From Torpedo marmorata (lineage: Eukaryota): DNA of 64,000 nt. The notes beneath the pieces were generated by a model that saw only the letters and a list, made by a program, of their open reading frames with translations, ran no database searches and was not told the origin of the DNA. This document shows, piece by piece, positions 37,852 through 49,900 of the stretch. Location: NCBI GenBank assembly GCA_977017645.1, contig CDRNVU010000116.1, positions 868,001 through 932,000 on the forward strand. Direction: 5' to 3'. The number at the start of each line of letters is the position of its first letter. The stretch's first letter is position 1. The position numbers and the translations under genes were made by a program.

Positions 37852-39776
37852 CCGTATATTTCGGCGTATAAGTCGACCGGCAGATAAGTCGACACCCCTT
37901 TTCAGCCTCATTTTAATGGTTTTATGGTATATCCGGCGTATGTCAATCCCCAAAAATCGCGATGCCTGAGATGTTGCGCATTGACCGGCGTATAGTTCGA
38001 CCCACAACGATCGCGATGATTGAGCTGCTGGGCGTTGACCGGCGTATAGGTCGACCCACAACGATCGCGCTGATTGAGCTGCTGGGCGTTGGCTGGAGGT
38101 GATTGTTATCATGGAGGCTCAATTGAAACGACGAAAGTATGAGGCGAGTTTTAAATTAAAAGTTATAGAAATGGCCAAGAAAACCAACAACTGTGCTGCT
38201 GCAAGAAAATTTGATATATACGAGAAGTTGGTAAGAGATTGGAGGAAGAAAGAAGATACTTTAAGAAAAATACCAAAAAGGCAATGTTCGATGAGAAGAG
38301 GAATCACTCGTTGGCCAGAGTTGGAAAATTATGTCGCAGCATGGGTACGTGAACAGAGGCAAGATTGCTACATAGTCACCCGAAATAAAATAAGAACATT
38401 TGCACTGAAGTGGGCAAAGTCGCACCCAGAACTCAGTAATGATTTTGAAGCTACAGTAGGCTGGTGCAACCGTTTCATGAACAGGAAAAATCTGGTATTA
38501 CGACAAAAAACAAAAATTGCTCAGAAACTACCAAAAGATCTTGATCATAAAGTTGTAAGTTTTCATTAGTTTATTTTACGTAACCGGCAGAAACACAAGT
38601 TTGCATTGGCAAATATTGGAAACATGGACAAAACCTCCATGAATTTTGACATGATAGGCAATAGAACAGTAGAATGGAAAGGTGTGAAAACTGCAAACGA
38701 GGAGTACAGGACATGAAAGGACCAGGTTTACTGTGGTGTTATCGTGCATGGCCGACGGGTCAAAGTTAAGACCCATGGTAATCTTCAAACGCAAATTTAA
38801 ACCTAAAATAAAATTCCCTGCAGGTATTTTTGTACATTTTCATGAAAAAGGATGGATGGATGAAAATGGTGTAAAACTATGGATAGACAATGTGTGGAAC
38901 AGGCGGCCAGGCGGTTTACGCAAGGAACGGAGTTTGCTGGTCTGGGATATGTTTCGTAGCCACTTAACTGAGAAGACTAAAAGTAGATAAACACAACATA
39001 ATACTTACATGGTGGTTATCCCGGGTGGTTTGACGTCTATATTGCAACCTCTCGATGTCTGCTTGAACAAGCCATTCAAAGACCACGTGCGTGAAGAGTG
39101 GAATACATGGATGACGAGTGCAGAAAAATCATTTACAAAAGGCGGGGCAATGCGTGCTGCATCGCTTGATGTGCTGTGTGACTTCGTGCTCAAGGCATGG
39201 GACAAAGTGAAAGTAGAGACTGTAATAAAATCATTTAAAAAGTGCGGTATCTCTTGTGCAATTGATGGTACGGAAGATGATTTATTGTGGGACACTGACG
39301 ACGAAGCTGAAGACGCCTCATCAGATACAGACTGGGACCCGTACGATGACTGTTTAAACAGTGGGACTATGGATGTGCTTGCCGAGATCTTTGCCTCAGA
39401 CGATGATAGCGAAAGTGATTTTGAAGGGTTCTAAATGTCTTGTTTTCAATTAAAATGTCAATGAAAATTTGTTGCAGTCGGGTTTTTTTTTTGGTTTTTC
39501 AAGGGTCGACTTATACGCCGAATCGTGTTTTCAAGGGTCGACTTATACACCAAATCGGGTTTTCAGGGGTCGACTTATACGCCGAATCGTGTTTTCAAGG
39601 GTCGACTTATACGCCGAATCGGGTTTTCAGGGTTCGACTTATACGCCGAATCGGCGTGGACTGGATTTTGAGCTGATTTTAAGTTCTCAAAAGTATATCC
39701 GGCGTATAAGTCGACCCCCGTTTTTGGAGAGATTTTTGAGGGTTTCAAGACTCGACTTATACGCCAAAATATACGG
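37852..39776 (+). mobile_element. Full-length pogo transposon, DD35D (Passer/POGK-like)
   Basis: TIR CCGTATATTT(C/T)GGCGTATAAGTCGA with TA TSD; subterminal GTCGACTTATACGCCG repeats (32-bp tandem array 39506-39650). Confidence 0.95.
38111..39434 (+). pseudogene. pogo transposase (Brinker-type DBD, HTH CENP-B, DDD) with two stops and one frameshift
   Basis: RRKYEASFKLKVI, GWCNRFM, NMDKT, LLVWDMFRSH-(35 aa spacing)-QPLDVCLNKPFK; stops at 38567 and 38988, frameshift near 38693. Confidence 0.93.
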
Positions 39777-39938
39777 TAGTTTCTTTCTCTGCTACCTGAC
39801 CAAAAAAGTTCAACATTTTCCATTTTTATTTTGGGTGCAGCATTGCATTTTATTTCGGCTTTTTGATTATTTCTCCATCTAAGTTGAAGCTGGACTTTTA
39901 ATATTTTAGGTGGATTATATGTCACTTTTTTTCCACAG

Positions 39939-40091
39939 TGTTTACTAATTACTTTGGACAATAAAATGAGCCATCCTTTGTTGGAGCAGCTTCTTCCTGG
40001 ACAAAGAAGTAGTCTTCATGATGCCTCGGAAAAAGTCCGAGTAGCTTTTGTCGATATGCTGTTGAAAGTTAAAGCTACCAGAGCTGCAAAG
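39939..40091 (+). CDS. NCAPG2: NCAPG2 internal coding exon (4 of 9)
   Basis: ttccacAG|...|GTAAAA, 153 nt; CLLITLDNKMSHPLLEQLLPGQRSSLHDASEKVRVAFVDMLLKVKATRAAK. Confidence 0.96.
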
Positions 40092-40266
40092 GTAAAATTA
40101 ATTGAGAAAATTGTGAACTTCACCTGTTGAAGTCTTTTCAGATGTCGAGATTTACTTTGTAACCAAAATGTGATTCATCGCAACTTCAGAATGATACAGC
40201 ATTCTACCAAATTGAATTTAATTAAAGCCTTTGCTTTTGATCTAAATTTAAAAGATCTGTTTATTT

Positions 40267-41138
40267 TGTTACAAAATCAAACCAGCAACGACAGAAGACG
40301 CAATGCAAAAGGGGTAAAATTGAAATTTATATTTATTAAAGACAATTAAACATATAATTTCACAACAATTAACCCCACTATAAACGTCTATAAACACTAT
40401 TCTTATCTAAAAGGTGTGTGTGTGTGTGTGTGTGTGTGTAAAGCCCAGACCATTACAGTCTGTGCCCAACCCTTATGTAAAAATGGAAAAACTTTCTCTA
40501 AAAAAAACCCAGGTCAGTCATAAAAACAAGTCAGTCAAAAAAAGAATAATACAGTCCACAAAAATTCACTCTCTAAGTTCAGGTTTCAAATTCAGCTCTG
40601 TGTGCTGGTAGAAGTACTTCTGAATGAACGTTGGAGAGAGACAATGACTGTTTATGCTTACAAATACTTGTTTTTCTTCTCTGATGACGTTCCCTTCTTG
40701 TGTTTTCATAAGGATTGCGAATTCAGATCAGTATACCACTGATAAAGGCGTGTGCTTGGATCTCACAGCTGGTCTCGCTGATCTCACGCCTGTTCTCCAC
40801 AGAAGTTGCTTTTAACTCAGGATTTCTCTGAGACAGGAGGCCATGTGCTATTCTTCCAGCCTTTTCTCTGGGATGCACAAGCCTGGATTTGGCTGTGTTC
40901 TCTAGCCTTTGCAACTCCCAACTGTCTGCTTTTTGCAGAGGTCTGCACCTGCTTTTGCAAAAGTGCAACAAAGTATCTTTTCCACAGCCTGTCTCTCTCT
41001 GCTCTCTCTCTCTCTCTCTCTGGGTACACCAAGTCCTGGGCAAGTTAACTCTTTCAGTAGCTGGTCCCAGTGTATACTCCAAAAGACTTCATCTTTCTGA
41101 CTGTCCACAGTCCAAATGGTCAGTCATGGTCCATAACA
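40267..41138 (-). repeat. 3' LTR of Gmr1-like element
   Basis: TGTTA...TAACA; near-identical to 45224-46085. Confidence 0.95.
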
Positions 41139-44100
41139 ACTCCCACCCACAAAGAAAACTTTGGTCTGCAAGAACAAAATTTTGGAAATAATTTGAGGTG
41201 TCACAATATAAACAAAATCTACAATGTTCATCCACAAATACAAAATATGAACTATTTTCATTGATAAAGTTTAACATCTAGAAAGACAATCAGCCATTAC
41301 ATTATCTTTCCCTTTTATATGTGTGATTACCAAATCATATTCTTGCAAAATTAGACTCCAATTCAACAACCGTCGATTCTTATTTTTCATTTTACAAAGA
41401 AAAACCAATGGATTATGGTCAGTATACACTGAGTGGTTTTTGTGCTGTATAGATATACACATCAAAGTGTTGTAGAGCCAACACAAGAGCCAACAACTCT
41501 TTTTCTATGGTTGAATAATTCCTTTGATGATCATTGAACTTCTTCGAGAAGTAGGATACTGGATGGTCAATGTCCTCTTCGTTCTTCTTCTGTAACAGCA
41601 CCGCACCCACAGCTTCATCGCTGGCATCCACGGCTAAAGAAAACGGCTGTTCTAAATTAGGTGACTTAAGCACAGGTTGGTGGCATAACATGGCTTTCAA
41701 TTTGACAAATGCTTCCTGACAACCTGTCGACCATACAAATTTTTCTTTCTTTCTAAGCAAATTTGTGAGAGGGAGCGCAAGATCAGCAAAGTTTTCACAG
41801 ACTTGCGTTAGTAACCAATCATACCCAGGAACCTCCTCAGAGTTTTCTTACCATTTGGAACAGGGAACACGGAAATAGTCACAACCTTTGCCTCTACTGG
41901 CGCCAACTGCCCCTGTCCTACAACATAACCCCGAGAATTAACAGTCCCATGACCCTCTCTGAAACTGGTTTTATCTGTCTCCTCCTTACCCCTGTCAATA
42001 ACCAGTACCTCTGGTAAATTTTCAGTCCTTTTTTCCGGCACCTGTTCAAAATATGGCTTAATCATATTCACATGAGAGACCTGTGTGTCTCGTCTGCGAT
42101 TAGGTGTTTCTATGACATAGGTGACATCATTAATTTTTGACTTAACTCTATAGGGTCCTGAAAATCTAGCCCTAAGATGATTTGAATGGATGGGAAACAG
42201 AACTAATACGTTCTCAACAGGTTTAAAAGTTCTCATCTTAGCCTTTCGATCATACCAAACCTTCATTCTCTGTTGAGTGGCCTTTAAATTCTCCTTTGCC
42301 ATCTCACAAGCCCTATTCAACCGATCCTTAAATTTGGAAACATAATCTAACAGATTTAAATGCACATTACAATTAATCCACTGTTCTTTTAATAACCTTA
42401 AAGGACCTCTCACCTCATGTCCGAAAACTAACTCGAATGGACTAAAACCAAGTGATTCTTGGACAGACTCCCTCACTGCAAATAACAACAAATGAACCCC
42501 CTCATCCCAATCCTTCTCACAACAATAGGTTCTAATCATGTTTTTCAAAGTCGAATGGAACCTCTCCAAGGCCCCTTGACTTTCTGGATGGTATGCAGAG
42601 GATACAATCTGTTTAACTCCCAGTCCATCAACCACTTGTTGGAAAACGCCTGACATGAAATTACTGCCCTGATCTGATTGAATTTCCCTTGGCAAACCTA
42701 CCAAGGTGAAAAACTTTACCATAGCCTTTACAATTGTCTTTGCTTTAATGTTTCTCAGGGGAATGGCCTCTGGAAATCTGGTGGCTGCACACATAATTGT
42801 TAAATACTCATTCCCCGCTTTGGTTTTGGGCAATGGGCCAACACAGTCCACAATTACTCTCGAGAAAGGCTCACTGAAAGCAGGGATAGGTTGCAAGGGT
42901 GCCACCGGGGGACCCTGATTAGGTTTACCCACCACCTGACAAGTGTGACAGGCCCGGCAAAAGCTTACAACCTCCCTTCTCAAACTGGGCCAATAAAATT
43001 GTTTCATTATCTTCCTTATAGTTTTCTTCACCCCAAGGTGACCACCTGAGGGTGTACTATGAGCCAGAGTTATTATTGCATCCCTCTATACTTTAGGGAT
43101 CACAACCTGCTGCACTACTGCCCATTCTTCATTGGCAGGAACATCACATGGTCTCCACTTTCTCATCAACACCCCATCTTTTTCATAATAACCCACTGGC
43201 ACCTTTTTAATCTCCTCTTCAGAGAGAACCTTATCCCTCACCTCAGCAAGATCAGGATCGGCCTTTTGCCTTGCTATGAGTTCCTGTTTGGATAGTGACA
43301 AATCTGTGCCTTTAGGTGTCTTATAAGTGGATGGGTGTAACATAGGAGATTGCTCAACCTTTTCCAGGTTTTCTTGATTATCACTTTCTTTTTCTTTCAC
43401 CAAGTTATTTTCCACTGCCTTCTCTACAGTGACATTTTTCTTAGACATTGCCCTGGTTATGGCACATGCCGGATAAATATCAAGAGTCTTTCTCTGACTT
43501 ATCAATGACTGGCTTAGTGGTCATTCACACTGCAGGAACTACTTTAACCTTGGCCAAGTCATTGCCTAGCAACAGTGAGACTCCTTCTACTGGCAACTCT
43601 GATCTCACTCCTATTATAACAGGTCCTTCCACCAAGTCTGAGTCCAACACTATTTTGTGCAAAGGAATGGACTCAACATCACCACCAATTCCTTTAATTA
43701 AATTTATGTCACCGGTGTCAGTAGCTTCACAAAATTCCAAGACACTATCTAACACAAGTGACTGAGCAGCTCCAGTATCTCGCAAGATTTTCACTGGAAC
43801 TTGTTTTGATCCTGCCTTAACTGAAACAAAACCATCAGTCACAAAAGGTTTAAATACATCTTTAACTTTGTCAGTAAATTTATCTCCTTCCTGGGCGTTT
43901 TGCCTCTTCTCACTCTGAATACACGCATTAGGTGTTGCATCCTTTCTCTCTTCTTTTTCAACACTGGACAGCTTGCTAGCATATGACCAGCTTTCCTACA
44001 GTAGTGGCAAATGGGACCCGAATGGTTTTCCCTTTTCCACTTTCCTTCATCCCTTTCCTTAACACCACTTCCAAATTTACTTTCCACTTGCTTCTGATTA

Positions 44101-45223
44101 TCCACAGTGACCTTTTGGAAAATTCTACCTGACGTCCACTTAGGCTTGTGGGTTAAAGCATATTCATCTGCTAACTTAGCTGAATTTTGCCAAGTTTTCA
44201 CCTCCTTTTCATCTAAATATGCCTTAATATCCTCAGGAACACACCTTTTTATCTCCTCGATTATTATCAATTCTCTCAATTGATTGTAATAATTGTTTAC
44301 CGCCTTAGATGTGCACCACCTGTCAAAACACACAACCTTTTCATAGGCAAACTCTGTATAAGATTGGGTTGCTGATCTTTTTAAATTTCTAAACTTCTGT
44401 CTATAAGCCTCTGGAACTAACTCATAAGCCTGGAGTATAGCCTTTTTCAACATTTCATAATCAGCAGCTTGCTCTGTGGTAAGAGTAGAATAAGCTTGCT
44501 GAGCTTTTCCTTTTATTACGCTTTGTAACATAAGAGACCATTGGTCTTGTGGCCATTTTAATTTCACAGCCACTTTCTCAAAATGTTGGAAGTACTTACC
44601 TATTTCTGCCTCCTCAAATGGAGGAACCAACCTAACTTCTCTACTAGCCAAAAACCTCTCAGCGGGATGACGAATTTGATCTTGGTGCTCTTCTTGTCTC
44701 CTCATTTTCCAACCTCATCTTTTCTAGCTCATATCTCCTATTTTTCTCATCGTTCTCTAAGTCTAATCTCTTTAGTTCCAATTCCATGTCTAATTTCTTT
44801 TGTTCCAATTCCAATTTCTTTTGTTCCCTGGCTGCCTCCAATTCCAATTTCTTTAGTTCCAACTGTATGTTTTCAGAAGGTTTACCCTTGGGAAACTGCT
44901 CTAACACGCTCTCCTCAAGCTTTTTTTCTTTTCTATAGTATTTGACAATTTTTCTCCCAATCTCTGCCTTTTTCATTGATGGTTTTACAGACGCAATGCC
45001 CAACTCTGTTGCTATAGCCACTAACTGTTCCTTTTTTGCCTTTTTTTAAAGTATCAGGTTCAGGTGATTCCAAAAAATGTTCTACATCCATTGTTGCTGG
45101 TTTTTCGTTACACACACACTAGCTTTTAATTAGCCTTACAAAAGGAATGTCTTAAACCAAACTGGGATTCCTTCAATTACCAAGATGGATTTTGATTCAA
45201 ATCCTCGGACGAGCCCCCAATTT

Positions 45224-46085
45224 TGTTACAAAATCAAACGAGCAACGACAGAAGACTCAATGCAAAAGGGGTAAAATTGAAATTTATATTTATTGAAGAC
45301 AATTAAACATATAATTTCACAACAATTAACCCCACTATAAACATCTATAAACACTATTCTTATCTAAAAGGTGTGTGTGTGTAAAGCCCAGACCATTACA
45401 GTCTGTGCCCAACCCTTATGTAAAAAAGGAAAAACTTTCCCTAAAAAAACCCCAGGTCAGTCATAAAAACAAGTCAGTCAAAAAAAGAATAATACAGTCC
45501 ACAAAAATTCACTCTCTAAGTTCAGGTTTCAAATTCAGCTCTGTGTGCTGGTAGAAGTACTTCTGAATGAACGTTGGAGAGAGACAATGACTGTTTATGC
45601 TTACAAATACTTGTTTTTCTTCTCTGATGACGTTCCCTTCTTGTGTTTTCATAAGGATTGCGAATTCAGATCAGTATACCACTGATAAAGGCGTGTGCTT
45701 GGATCTCACAGCTGGTCTCGCTGATCTCACGCCTGTTCTCCACAGAAGTTGCTTTTAACTCAGGATTTCTCTGAGACAGGAGGCCATGTGCTATTCTTCC
45801 AGCCTTTTCTCTGGGATGCACAAGCCTGGATTTGGCTGTGTTCTCTAGCCTTTGCAACTCCCAACTGTCTGCTTTTTGCAGAGGTCTGCACCTGCTTTTG
45901 CAAAAGTGCAACAAAGTATCTTTTCCACAGCCTGTCTCTCTCTGCTCTCTCTCTCTCTCTCTCTGGGTACACCAAGTCCTGGGCAAGTTAACTCTTTCAG
46001 TAGCTGGTCCCAGTGTATACTCCAAAAGACTTCATCCTTCCTGCTGACCGTCCACTGTCCAAATGGTCAGTCATGGTCCATAACA
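45224..46085 (-). repeat. 5' LTR of Gmr1-like element
   Basis: Adjacent to the tRNA-Pro PBS. Confidence 0.95.
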
Positions 46086-46934
46086 GTATTGTATGAGATT
46101 TGTAAATTGAAACTTGGTTTGGGGATTTAATATTCTGACCTTGTCTATTGTAATGCAAAAACAACAATGTAATAACATTCCTTTCTGGTGATCAAAGCTT
46201 TACATGATGCCAATGCCTCCATCAGGGCAGGTCAACCTCAAGTTCAATTCTTTGCCAACACATTGGAGAGTACAGATGTGGAATCTATTAAAATAGAGGC
46301 CACTAACTACATTTTAATTGAAAACCGTTTGGTTAAGTGCAAGTAGATATGATAAAGCTGTTTGTATTTTGCAAGTTCATGAATGTTTTCAGTAGAAAAT
46401 AAAGTTGGTTTTCAAATTGAATAAGGAGGTTCTCTTAGGAGCTTATAAAGAAAGAAAGAGACTTCTATAGCATTCTACAGTTATTGAAGAACTATTTGTG
46501 GTAGTGAAGCAAAATCTATGAAAGGTTTAAGATGAGAAGAAGGTTTAAGGGGAAATCTGAGGAGTAAATGTTTCACACAAAAATTGTAGTTGGTATCTGG
46601 AATGAGTTCTCAGAGCAGATGGTGGAGGAAGGGACGGTAACAACATCTAAAAGTCGTGTAGACCAATATTTGAATGAGTAAGGCATAAAAGGATCATAGA
46701 ACGTAGGTGGACGCTTGAATAAAAAGGTGGGGAAGGGGGAGGAGCACAGGCCAGGAGGTAATAGATTCATACAGGTGGAAGGGTAGCTGAGAAGTGATAG
46801 GGGAGAGGGTCGAGGGCAGCTCTCTGATAGGAGAAGGAAGGGGTGGGGAGCTGGAGAAAAGGAGACGGAGAAATGGTAAAAGAGAGACACGGGAGGGTAG
46901 TTAACGGAAATTGGAGAATTCGGAAATTGGTTAC

Positions 46935-49900
46935 ATAGAATAGAATGTTACAGCGCAGTACAGGCCCTTCGGCCCACAATGTTGTGCCAACCTAGCAACA
47001 AAAAAAAACCAAAACCTTCCCTACCTCATAACCTATTTTTCCTGTCTAAGTGTCTCTTAAATGCCCCTATTGCTTCAGCCTCCACCACCACCCCTGGCAA
47101 GGCATTCCAGGCACCCACAACTCTGTGTTTTAAAAAAATAACAAAAAAAAAAACTTTCCCCTGATTTCTTCCCTAAACTTTCCTCCCTTCACTTTGTACA
47201 GATGTCCTCTGGTGTTTGCTACTCCTGCTCTGGGAAAAAGGTGCTGGCTGTCTACATTATCTGTGCCTCTCAGAATCTTATAAGTCACCTCTCATCTTTC
47301 TTCGCTCCAAAGGGAAAAGCCCTAGCTGTGCTAACCTTGCCTCATAAGACATATTTTCCAATCCAGGCATCGTCCTGGTTATTCTCCTCTGCACCCTCTC
47401 CATAGCTTCCACATTCTTCCTGTAATGAGGTGACCAGAACTGAACACAGTATTCTAAGTGTGTTCTCACCAGAGATTTATAGAGCTGCAACTTTACCTCA
47501 CGACTCCTGAATTTAATCTCCCGACTAATGAAGCCCAGCATCCCATCGGCCTTAACTATCCTATCAACCTGCGCGGCAACCTTGAGAGATCTATGGATTT
47601 GGACCCCAAAGTCCCTCTTCTTCTACGCTGTTAAGTATCCTACCATTAACCATGTACTCTGCCTTCAAGTTTGGCTTTCCAAAATGCATCACCTCACATT
47701 TGTCCGGATTGAACTCCATCTGCCACTTTTCCGCCCAACTCTGCATCCTGTCTATAAAGTATCCTGTTGTAACCTATGACAACATTCAACACTATCCACA
47801 ATTCCTCCAACCTTCGTATCACCCGCAAACTTACTGACCCATCCCTCTGCATCTTCATCCAGATCATTTATAAAAATCACAATGAGCAGGGGTCCCAGAA
47901 CAAATGCGTGCAGAACTCCACTGGTCACTGACCTCTAGGCAGAATACTTTCTGTCCACCACTGCTCTCTGCTTTCTACAGGCTAACCAATTTTGAATCTA
48001 CACAGCCAAGGTTCCATGGATCTTATGCCTCATAACTTTGAACGAGTCTCCCATAGGGACCTTGTCAAATACCTAAGTATAATCCAGAAACACCTCATCT
48101 ACTGCCCTACGTTCATCAAATTATTTTGTTACTTCCTCAAAAAACTCAATTAGGCTCACGAGGCACGATCTTCCCCTCACAAAGCCATGCTAACAATCCC
48201 TGAGAAGACTGTTCTTCTCTAAATGTTCGTAAATCCTGTCCTTAAGAATCCTCTCCAATAGTTTGCCATCACTGATGCAAGACTCACTGGTCAAAAATTC
48301 CCAGTATTCTCCCTGTTACCTTTTTTAAACAAGGGGACCACATTTATAAATACTGTATATGGTAGCCAGGAAGGAGCTTAAGAAAGGACTTAGGCGAGCT
48401 CAAAGAGGGCATGAGAAGGCCTTGGTATGTAGGATTAAGGAGAACCCCAAGGCGTTCTATGCATATGTGAAGAACAGAAGGATGACGAGAATGAAGGTGG
48501 GGCCGCTAAAGGATAAAGGAGGCAACATGTGCCTGGAGGCGGAGGAGGTTGGCGAGGTCCTAAATGAATACTTTACTTCAGTATTCACAAGAGAAAAGGA
48601 CCTTGATCAGGGTGAGGTTGAAATAGTACAGGCCTGTGTGCTGGACAATGTGGAGTTTAGGGAACAGGAAGAGTTGGATCTTCTTAAAAACATCAAGATT
48701 GATAAGTCCCCGGGGCCGGATGCGATATATCCCAGGTTGCTGTGGGAAGTGAGAGAAGAGATAGCTGGGGCAGTAGCTATGATCTTTGAGTCCTCTTTGG
48801 CCGCATGGGAGGTGCCAGAGGATTGGAGAATGGCAAATGTAGTCCCCTTGTTTAAAAAAGGTAATAGGGAGAATCCTGGGAATTATAGACCGGTGAGTCT
48901 TACGTAAGTGGTGTGCAAACTATTGGAGAGGATTCTTAAGGATAGGATCTATGAGCATTTGGAGAAGTACAGTCTACTCAAAGATAGTCAGCATGGCTTT
49001 GTGAAGGGAAGGTCATGCCTCACGAGTCTAATTGAGTTTTTTGAGGAGGTAACAAAAGAAATTGATGAGGGTAAGATGTGGTCTACATGGATTTTAGCAA
49101 GGCATTTGACAAGTTCCCCCACGAGAGACTCATCCAGAAAGTCATGAGGCATGGGATCAGTGGAACCTTGACTGTGTGGATAAAAAATTGGCTTGCAGGA
49201 AGAAAGCAGAGAGTAGTAGTGGAAGGAAAGTATTCTGCCTGGAGGTCAGTGACTAGTGGAGTGCCGCAAGGATCTGTTCTGGGACCCCTGCTCTTTGTGA
49301 TTTTTATAAATGACCTGGATGAAGAGGCGGAAGGATGGGTCAGTAAGTTTGTGGATGACACAAAGGTTGGAGGAGTTGTGGATGGAGCTGAAGGTTGTCG
49401 AAAGTTACAAGAGGATATATAGGCAGGATGCAGAGTTGGGCAGAAAAGTGGCAGATGGAGTTCAATCCGGATAAGTGTGAGGTGATGCATTTTGGAAGGA
49501 CAAACCAGAAGGCTGAGTACAGGGTTAATGGTCGGCTACTTAAGAGTGTGGATGAACAGAGGGACGTTGGGGTTCAAATCCATACATCCCTCAAGGTCAC
49601 CGCACAGGTTGATAGGATAGTTAAGAAGGCCTATGGGATGCTGGGCTTCATTAATAGGGGGATTGAGTTCAGGAGTAGAGAGGTCATGTTGCAACTCTAC
49701 AAATCTCTGGTAAGACCACACTTAAGAGTATTGTGTTCAGTTCTGGTCACCTCATTATAGGAAGGATGTGGAAGCTATGGAGAGGGTGGAGAGGAGATTT
49801 ACCAGGATGTTGCCTGGATTGGAAAACAAGTCTTGTGAGGCAAGGTTAGTAGAACTGGGACTTTTCTCTTTGGAGCGTAGAAGGATGAGAGGAGACTTGA

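Larger units (their letters stand above)
40267..46085 (-). mobile_element. Gmr1-like Gypsy LTR retrotransposon (PR-IN-RT-RH order), RT largely deleted
   Basis: LTRs 40267-41138 and 45224-46085; PBS TGGGGGCTCGTCCG (tRNA-Pro); PPT GTGGGTGGGAG; gag with SCAN-like segment and CHYCRKAGHMLASC; PR RDTGA; IN upstream of RT remnant and RNase H (VDASD, EKE, TDH). Confidence 0.93.

Noticed and set aside
38111-39434. Host gene POGK
   Set aside because: No KRAB exon; has TIRs, TA TSD and inactivating mutations
39500-39660. 32-bp repeats as a separate array
   Set aside because: They are subterminal copies of the TIR core motif of the pogo element
40723-41082. Duplicated 119-aa ORF (also 45666-46025)
   Set aside because: It lies in the LTRs and spans a CT microsatellite; the duplication is explained by LTR identity
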